From a virus: a DNA stretch of 64,000 nt. The notes below the pieces were generated by a model, which was not told the origin of the DNA, did not search any database, and was given only the letters and a program-made list of their open reading frames with translations. Within the stretch, counting starts at the first letter, position 1, and each line of letters starts with the position of its first letter. Of the stretch, positions 58,201 through 64,000 are shown piece by piece. The stretch lies in IMG/VR virus record IMGVR_UViG_3300023180_006024. One strand, written 5' to 3'. A program made the translations under genes and the position numbers.

Positions 58201-61200
58201 TCTACTGCAATATCAGTTTCAAACTGTACATCGCCTTCTACAACACCGCCAGTTAGTTTGTTTAGATATCTGTTTTCAACATACGTTACAACTGCAACTT
58301 GTGTAGGCACTGTATTAATATCAGCAACACCTGTGCTTGCAGTCATGTCTGCATTGTTACTTACTTCTTGTAGTTCAACACCAACAGGAATACCAAAACG
58401 TTTAAATGGACCAATACTTGCAATACCACTTAGATTGATTTCTTCAGCGTTTAATGTAATAGCACCTGTAAGTGCATTAACATTAAAGAAGTTACCAACT
58501 TTAAAGTTACCGATTTGGTCAACTGTACCACCTGCAAAAACCTTACCGTTATCTGTTTCAACAAACTCGTTTTCTGCAATAGGTGATCCGCCAAAGAATG
58601 GTAGAGCATTATAGGTAATACCTGCGCCAACATATTCAAATGCATGACCCGAAGTACTAACTGTGCTAACACGTTGCATACTTCCTTTTGTACCTTCAAG
58701 AACAGAAACAACACCTGGGAACAATGTTAGATTAGCTATACCACCATATTCGATGTTAAGTAGTCTAATCGCTTCATCTACAATATCGTCTAAATCATTT
58801 AAGATATCTTCACGCTGTTGTTTGACAAGAGAAGTTGGTCCTAAACTATCATAATGATGATCTTCCTCTGCAGGCAAATACGAAGTTCCTCCATATTCTA
58901 TAACATCTGCAATTTTATTGATCAATAAAGATGCATAGCCACCTGATGTAGAACTTCCGCCTATTGTTCCATAAGTTTGTGTTTCTGTAGTTCCAGATGT
59001 TGCTGTTACTTTCAAGTTTTGTGCAACTTTTTCAACTACGTCAGCAAGATGTCTATAGCTTAGTTCTGTAATAGATTCTTGTCCTGCAATAACTGCATTA
59101 CTATAATATGCTTCAGCTGCACGACGAGTTTGTTTATTGCCTCCAAACGTCATATCATAAACTGCTGCATCAACAATATAGGCAGTGTCTCTTTCACATT
59201 TTGCAACATCATAATCAAAAGATACAATGTTATCTGTAATATATGTAATAGTGCCTTCTTGTATTGTTGAGATATTATTCTCAACATTTATCATTGCTTC
59301 TGAAAGTCCAACTTCGATCCAGCTTACATCAGGGTTGCTGTTTTGCGGAGTTGTTGCAAGTCCGTCTGAATCAGATATAGCAGTAATAACAATATCAAAT
59401 AATTCACCAAGTTCTTCGCTTTCTGACGATGTTCCATATGTTCCAGATATACTTTGTGTTTCTGGATTACCAACCTCAGGAACAACAGCAGCACCTTGAA
59501 TGACTTGAATAGCTGTATCTCGCAAATGTTCTAATGCATCTTGTGTTTGAGATTCTTGTCCATAAACTTGTATTACACCGTCGTCAAAATAACTACGAGT
59601 AGCAATCAAAATACTTCTATTACCAAGATATAATAAGTCATGTGTAGCCGCATCAATAATACGTCCAGTATCTCTGCGACACTTGCTTTCATCATAACTA
59701 AATCCGTTTAGTACAGTATTAATATAGTTAATGTTATCGTCAAGTAACGCAGTTCTGTTTGTATTAATCAAATCCTTACTTGCAAGCAAGTTTGAAGAAC
59801 TCCAAGTATCATCCAGTGCTTCGTCTGCTGGCAATAACTCTAAAGTATTTGCTTTTACTACATCTCTAATAATATTAGCAAGTTCTGTTGATTTATTTGC
59901 TTCTTCACTTGATACAAGTCCAGCAGATGTATCTTGCCCTGAGTATGCTTCAAGTAAAACATCATATGTGATAAGACCAAGTTGTTCCATAGCGTTGCCT
60001 GTAGCAGTCCTTTGGTCTGCTGGAAGTTGACTTGTAGTACCAACAAAATATGCTTTAGCTGCTTCTTTTGTTGCAAGATTTGTGTTATAGTTTAAGTCAT
60101 GACTGATTGCATCAATAATGTAACCTAAATCTCTACGACATGTTGCTTCGTCATATACCAAAGATGGTTCGTTGTCTCTTATCCATAAAATAACTTCGTC
60201 TTCGATTAGTTTTCTATTATTTTGAAGCTGTATTCTTGCATTAGTGTGATCAACATTTACTCCAGTTGATGTCCATGTTAATGCATCTGCATTTGCTGTA
60301 CCATTAGTTAAAATATCAATCACTTCATCAAATGCTGCACTTACTGCTGAGATACTTGGAGCATCTGTAAGAACTGCTATTGTTTGTGTTTTTAATCTTG
60401 TGATTGCTGAGATAGTTTCGGTTAACTGATCGTTTATAACTTTTGCGGAGTTTGCTCTACGATAAGATAGACCATTCAACACAGCCCAATAGTTTGTTCC
60501 TAATGTTAAATCTTTTATAATACCATCTAATATTAATCCACTGTCTCTTCTACATTTTGTTGCATCATATATAAAATATTGATTGTTAATATGTAGAACA
60601 GTTTCTTCAATCAAGAAATCTCTATTATCTTGTAGCAATCTCGCTGAATCAATACGTTCTTGGCTAGCAGGAGTTGGTGATGGAAATGTTGTACCTTCAC
60701 TTGGTTCTACTTCGTATTGAACAATATTAAAGAAGTTTTCAAAGTTTTCTGTAATACGTGTTGTTGCAACTGAATCTGCTGCTGCATATGCTAATGCTTG
60801 TGTTTTAACATATCTTAGAGCCATTATAGTTGCAGGATTTTGATTTACATTAAAATACGTTGCTGTTGCACGTTGATATGCTTGAGCTGCAACTATTGTG
60901 TTGTGATTAGTTCCTAATCTTGTATCGCGAATGACTGCTTCTAAAACCAGTTGTACATCTCGTTTACATTTTGTTTGATCGTATGTAAAATCAGGATAGT
61001 TTTCTAAAACAAATGTTGTAGTTTCTTCTCCTAGATTATTTCTTTGTCCGTATGTTGTTAATGCTGCTGCTTCAACATCATCTGCTGCAAAACTAATATC
61101 AGGCAAAATTTGTTCTGGCAGATTGTTTAGATTACCCGCATCAATAACATCGATAATGATTTGCACTAGTTGTTGTAAAATAGTAGATTCTGTACCTGTT

Positions 61201-64000
61201 GCTGGCTCACCGCTTGTGTCTTGTGTAGTATCGTTACCGGTTGATCTACTTACAGCACCTTCTAAAACAACTTGACTTACAACTGTTTTTAATCTATCGT
61301 ATGCAGCAGTTGTTGCTTCTATTTCGTCTGAATCTGTTCCTAGCTGGTTTGCAGTACCAACAAAATATGCCTCTGCTGCAACTCTTGTTTGAGTATTACC
61401 GCCATATAAAACATCATACGCAAGTGCATCTACAATGTAACCAACATCTCTTTTACATTTTCTTTCATTGTAACCATTGCCGTTGTTATAAACGGATGGA
61501 TAAGTAATGTTTACCCATGCTGCTATCTCATCTTTTATAAACTCTTTGTTTGCAACCAGTTGTGCATTTGCATTTACTTTAGCATCATTTATACCAGTTG
61601 GTGCAGGGTAAGTAACTGTATCTGCATTTGTAATGTTTACATCTATTTCTTCTAAAACATCTACTTTGATAGCAGGCATATTATCTTGCCAGTTGTTGAA
61701 GGCAAATATCAAGTCTGCATCAGTGATATGTGAAATACTTGGCTCTGTAAGTGTTGGTAATACATTTGTATTTCCTGCTTCAATAACATCAATTACAACC
61801 TGTACAAGAGTACCAACTTCATCAACTTCTGTTGATGTTGCTGGATTAGTAGTTGTTTGTTGCCCCGAATAGGTTTCTAATATTATGTTTTGCATAATAT
61901 TAATCAGTTCGTTGTATGCAGCTATCGTGGCTGTTATCTCATCAGCACTTCCTAACTGACTTACTGTGCCTACTAGGTATGCATCAGCAGCTCTTCTTGT
62001 TGCAAAGTTGCCTCCATACTGAACGTCAAAACACACTGCGTCTGTGATAAATTTTACATCTCTTTCACATTTTACACTGTCGTATGTTAAACTTGGAAAG
62101 TTTGCAGCAATCCAAGTTGTAAGTTCAGTTGCAATATAGCCTCTGTTAAGTTGCAATAGTTCTCTTGCATATCTTTTGTTTACATCGACACCCGGATCTG
62201 TAAAAGTAATAGTATCTACAACATTTTCATCTTGACTACTATCAGCATTTTGTATGATATCGAGTATTTCGTCGAATGCTGCATCACTTCTTGTTACTGC
62301 TGTGCTACTAGATTCCATATAAGTTTCTGCACTAATGGTTTTCATGTATTCGTATGCACGTACAGTTTGTTGAGATTGGTTGCTCAACAAATATCCACTA
62401 TTAGCTCTTTGGTAACTCAATCCTGTTGTGACTGCATTGTAGTTTGTATTTAAAATAACATCCCATGCTACGCTATCAACAATGTAACCTATATCTCTTT
62501 CACACTTTTCTTTATTGAAGTTTAAACCTGTGAAAATATCTAAAAACTCTGTGAATAAGTTGTTAACTCTTGTTGTTGCTGTTGCACTTGCTGCAACATC
62601 TCCTAATGCAAGAATACTGTCCCTTGTATTTTCAAATGTTGCTTTTGAAACTGTAAACTGTACATCCGAAGATACAACACTTGCATTTGCTCTTGCATAA
62701 CTTACTGCTGCTGTTATTGTTCTAGAGTTACTGCCTGTTGCAATATCATAACCAATAGCTTCAACTAATAATCTAGTATCTCTTTCACATTTACTTTGAT
62801 TATAAGACAAGTTTGTAAACTGTGTACTAATATAGTTTGTAAGTTCGTCTACAATAAAGTCTTTGTTGGCTACAATATTATCTGCTGCTGCTCTTGTGCC
62901 TTCATCGATTGTAGTAATACTTCCTAAATCGATATCAGGAGCCGCAGTACTATCACCTTGATTTAAGTATGAAACTATTTCTGCAAAACGTTCAATAATA
63001 TAATATCTTGCATCTTCATTTGCAGGATCACTATCAGGAATACGAGCAAGCATTTCGTCTCTTGCTGCTTCAATACCGTAAATAGTTGGAGCAAGTTGTG
63101 CTGCAAGAACTTTATTTGCTCTTGCACGTAAATAACTTCTACCTGCTGCAATACTTTGATAGTTAGTTCCCATAACTAGATCACCAGCAACTGCATCTAC
63201 AATGCGTTGTGTGTCTCTACGACAGACAGCTTCGTCATATATAAACGGTTGTTGTGTAATATCATTTGCAGTTACATAATATGCATTTGAATCGCCAGGA
63301 AACTGTAATATACTACCAGTTTGTGGAATATCTCTCAAACCATTAACTTGAATGATTCTATTTGTAACAAGGTTAGCTGTAGCTGTTGCAATAACGTCAA
63401 ACCCGCCGCCAACAAATCTTACATCAGGTATTCTATCATAACCAGTACCGCCGTTTACTATTGTAACAGCAGAAATCTGTCCAGTTGTTGCATCAAGCGA
63501 TGCTGTACCAGTAGCCGTTATACCATTAGGATCTCCTAAAGGTGGATCAAACTCAACAGTAGGTACACTAGTATATCCTGCACCTGTACTATTTACTGTA
63601 ACACTACCTACACTTGAAAAATAATCCTGTGTTGGTCTAGCATTAGTAAATACTTTATCAAATAATCCGTCAGCAATGATAGCATAAGTTCCAAAGTCAC
63701 TAACACTGTTTGAAATACTTAGATATCCGCCTTTTGTTGCTTGGAAACCAACTCTTGTAAAAACAGAGAAGCAGCTAACAATCTGTGTATAACCTTCATT
63801 TGTAATGTGGAAACCAATACCACCTTGTGCAATCTGTGTAAATGCGTCAGCAACAAATGATTTAACCAAACTGTTTGGATCATATTGATTACCATCAACC
63901 AACATACCATTACCGCCGCCAGTTGTGTTAACACGTTTTGCTAGTGGAACTGTAGGATCATTCTCAATAGGCCTTGCACCTGGTGCAACACCTTCGATTT
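55290..64000 (-). CDS. Giant virion structural/fibre protein, 5'-truncated by the window edge
   Basis: Frame is open from the window end (IEGVAPGARP...) into the called ORF; beta-helix segment, ten CxRD helical repeats, fibre modules, C-terminal DGGSF. Confidence 0.85.
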   Translation of the reverse strand, partial: IEGVAPGARPIENDPTVPLAKRVNTTGGGNGMLVDGNQYDPNSLVKSFVADAFTQIAQGGIGFHITNEGYTQIVSCFSVFTRVGFQATKGGYLSISNSVSDFGTYAIIADGLFDKVFTNARPTQDYFSSVGSVTVNSTGAGYTSVPTVEFDPPLGDPNGITATGTASLDATTGQISAVTIVNGGTGYDRIPDVRFVGGGFDVIATATANLVTNRIIQVNGLRDIPQTGSILQFPGDSNAYYVTANDITQQPFIYDEAVCRRDTQRIVDAVAGDLVMGTNYQSIAAGRSYLRARANKVLAAQLAPTIYGIEAARDEMLARIPDSDPANEDARYYIIERFAEIVSYLNQGDSTAAPDIDLGSITTIDEGTRAAADNIVANKDFIVDELTNYISTQFTNLSYNQSKCERDTRLLVEAIGYDIATGSNSRTITAAVSYARANASVVSSDVQFTVSKATFENTRDSILALGDVAASATATTRVNNLFTEFLDIFTGLNFNKEKCERDIGYIVDSVAWDVILNTNYNAVTTGLSYQRANSGYLLSNQSQQTVRAYEYMKTISAETYMESSSTAVTRSDAAFDEILDIIQNADSSQDENVVDTITFTDPGVDVNKRYARELLQLNRGYIATELTTWIAANFPSLTYDSVKCERDVKFITDAVCFDVQYGGNFATRRAADAYLVGTVSQLGSADEITATIAAYNELINIMQNIILETYSGQQTTTNPATSTEVDEVGTLVQVVIDVIEAGNTNVLPTLTEPSISHITDADLIFAFNNWQDNMPAIKVDVLEEIDVNITNADTVTYPAPTGINDAKVNANAQLVANKEFIKDEIAAWVNITYPSVYNNGNGYNERKCKRDVGYIVDALAYDVLYGGNTQTRVAAEAYFVGTANQLGTDSDEIEATTAAYDRLKTVVSQVVLEGAVSRSTGNDTTQDTSGEPATGTESTILQQLVQIIIDVIDAGNLNNLPEQILPDISFAADDVEAAALTTYGQRNNLGEETTTFVLENYPDFTYDQTKCKRDVQLVLEAVIRDTRLGTNHNTIVAAQAYQRATATYFNVNQNPATIMALRYVKTQALAYAAADSVATTRITENFENFFNIVQYEVEPSEGTTFPSPTPASQERIDSARLLQDNRDFLIEETVLHINNQYFIYDATKCRRDSGLILDGIIKDLTLGTNYWAVLNGLSYRRANSAKVINDQLTETISAITRLKTQTIAVLTDAPSISAVSAAFDEVIDILTNGTANADALTWTSTGVNVDHTNARIQLQNNRKLIEDEVILWIRDNEPSLVYDEATCRRDLGYIIDAISHDLNYNTNLATKEAAKAYFVGTTSQLPADQRTATGNAMEQLGLITYDVLLEAYSGQDTSAGLVSSEEANKSTELANIIRDVVKANTLELLPADEALDDTWSSSNLLASKDLINTNRTALLDDNINYINTVLNGFSYDESKCRRDTGRIIDAATHDLLYLGNRSILIATRSYFDDGVIQVYGQESQTQDALEHLRDTAIQVIQGAAVVPEVGNPETQSISGTYGTSSESEELGELFDIVITAISDSDGLATTPQNSNPDVSWIEVGLSEAMINVENNISTIQEGTITYITDNIVSFDYDVAKCERDTAYIVDAAVYDMTFGGNKQTRRAAEAYYSNAVIAGQESITELSYRHLADVVEKVAQNLKVTATSGTTETQTYGTIGGSSTSGGYASLLINKIADVIEYGGTSYLPAEEDHHYDSLGPTSLVKQQREDILNDLDDIVDEAIRLLNIEYGGIANLTLFPGVVSVLEGTKGSMQRVSTVSTSGHAFEYVGAGITYNALPFFGGSPIAENEFVETDNGKVFAGGTVDQIGNFKVGNFFNVNALTGAITLNAEEINLSGIASIGPFKRFGIPVGVELQEVSNNADMTASTGVADINTVPTQVAVVTYVENRYLNKLTGGVVEGDVQFETDIAVDGGDLSTTSTVFNLINDNASTVNFAGGATSIVIGADTVGLTEIKHDLDVTGTLDVGGNTTIVGDFDLTLPDETQQAFNVSMSTEDYISIDTRNALENITFGVIPTVSVLNDKESPNKTDGAFTVAGGVGIGKNLNVGGDIFFEGTIVSTDSASLSLFNDTAGTVEAFGDATEITIGSAGIVPGNFTVENDYIRFTSVYNMKIPTGTTGERGLVPDEGYIRFNTDLGIFEGYDGIAWNTLGGVRDVDGNTYIEAESSPGSNENELSFVTDGLERMNLSTTSFRLDDTITSITFEGTTQSDSPDSGLLVIEGGMGIEKNLNVRGDLRVYNNTVLNGALDVDGSVTIGTNDSVVDNLTVNANATYNVYDATTGAFEILEGANSYFKVNTTDGAEQVLFGVNPVIRIQNTTEATDSNTGALVVSGGVGINGNVFVTGNMQVDGSLTFGDDAVLDAINVAGDADFNIPDNTAEAFTVRQASASYINVDTQNTTENITFGATPKIVIQNVTDSVDKDTGALVVEGGVGIEKNLTVGVDVVVDRNIEAAGDVAVNGGDITTTATTFNLANANATTVNAFGDATSITFGAETGTITFNNENFIFDSTASLQLPAGTTAQRTSPVTGQIRFNTDDTLFEGYDGTAWGSLGGVKDVDQDTFIRPETAPGSDEDTLEFFTNGVKRLTLTQTDLDIDSSIQVDIANTSTSYRYDTGALTIAGGLGVAENLFVQGFIGGDTTGTLQLTDLYTDKLLIKAGTIETPDDFKIVSNAPDSAADDIVYPVTLAHHSVSGTPVAGSGVGMKFELETTNSNFETGVQFDVIAQDVTGGQEDFDFVVSNMIAGSLVEKLRISENTTTITTDLQIDQDLFVTGILDASGFRGSVFADDSTEIIDSINNRLIVVNADVGTLTLTTDLEVQYGGTGVSTFTTDGILYGNAADPVQVTAAAGTADATDSFQILTVTSDVDATPVWTDTIDGGSF

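Noticed and set aside
43895-63539. Many + strand ORFs of 60-260 aa inside the giant fibre genes
   Set aside because: Antisense shadows produced by codon bias of the minus-strand genes
1-64000. Stop-codon reassignment and tRNA genes
   Set aside because: Standard code gives dense full-length genes ending in TAA, TAG and TGA; no gap shows a cloverleaf

Overview
This 64 kb window is part of a large, AT-rich T4-like (jumbo-type) myovirus genome, almost entirely on the minus strand. Left to right: (1) 1-15.1 kb, a glycan-biosynthesis cluster (KdsB, KdsA, QueC-like PP-loop protein, UDP-sugar dehydrogenase, epimerase, three GT-A glycosyltransferases, three KpsC/KpsS-like GT-B proteins, cytidylyltransferase-cupin, two methyltransferases) interleaved with the UvsW helicase; (2) uvsY-uvsX-gp32 recombination genes; (3) packaging and morphogenesis genes (large and small terminase, gp4, tail tube, enlarged sheath, dNMP kinase, neck gp13/gp14, gp15, Nudix); (4) a 2008-aa protein with 15 degenerate glycosyltransferase-like repeats before an intact GT domain, a GT2 and an adhesin-like protein; (5) two giant paralogous fibre proteins (3939 aa, and over 2900 aa running off the window). 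Highlights: an A9 slippery site that opens a stop-free -1 frame fusing two glycosyltransferases; a phage Kdo synthesis/activation/transfer set, partly behind late promoters (candidate virion glycosylation system); 13 phycobiliprotein-like C-x-R-D helical repeats in the fibres; widespread leaderless genes behind TAAATA promoters; and structured leaders upstream of gp32 and the giant fibre. All family assignments come from motif recognition by eye, with no database searches.
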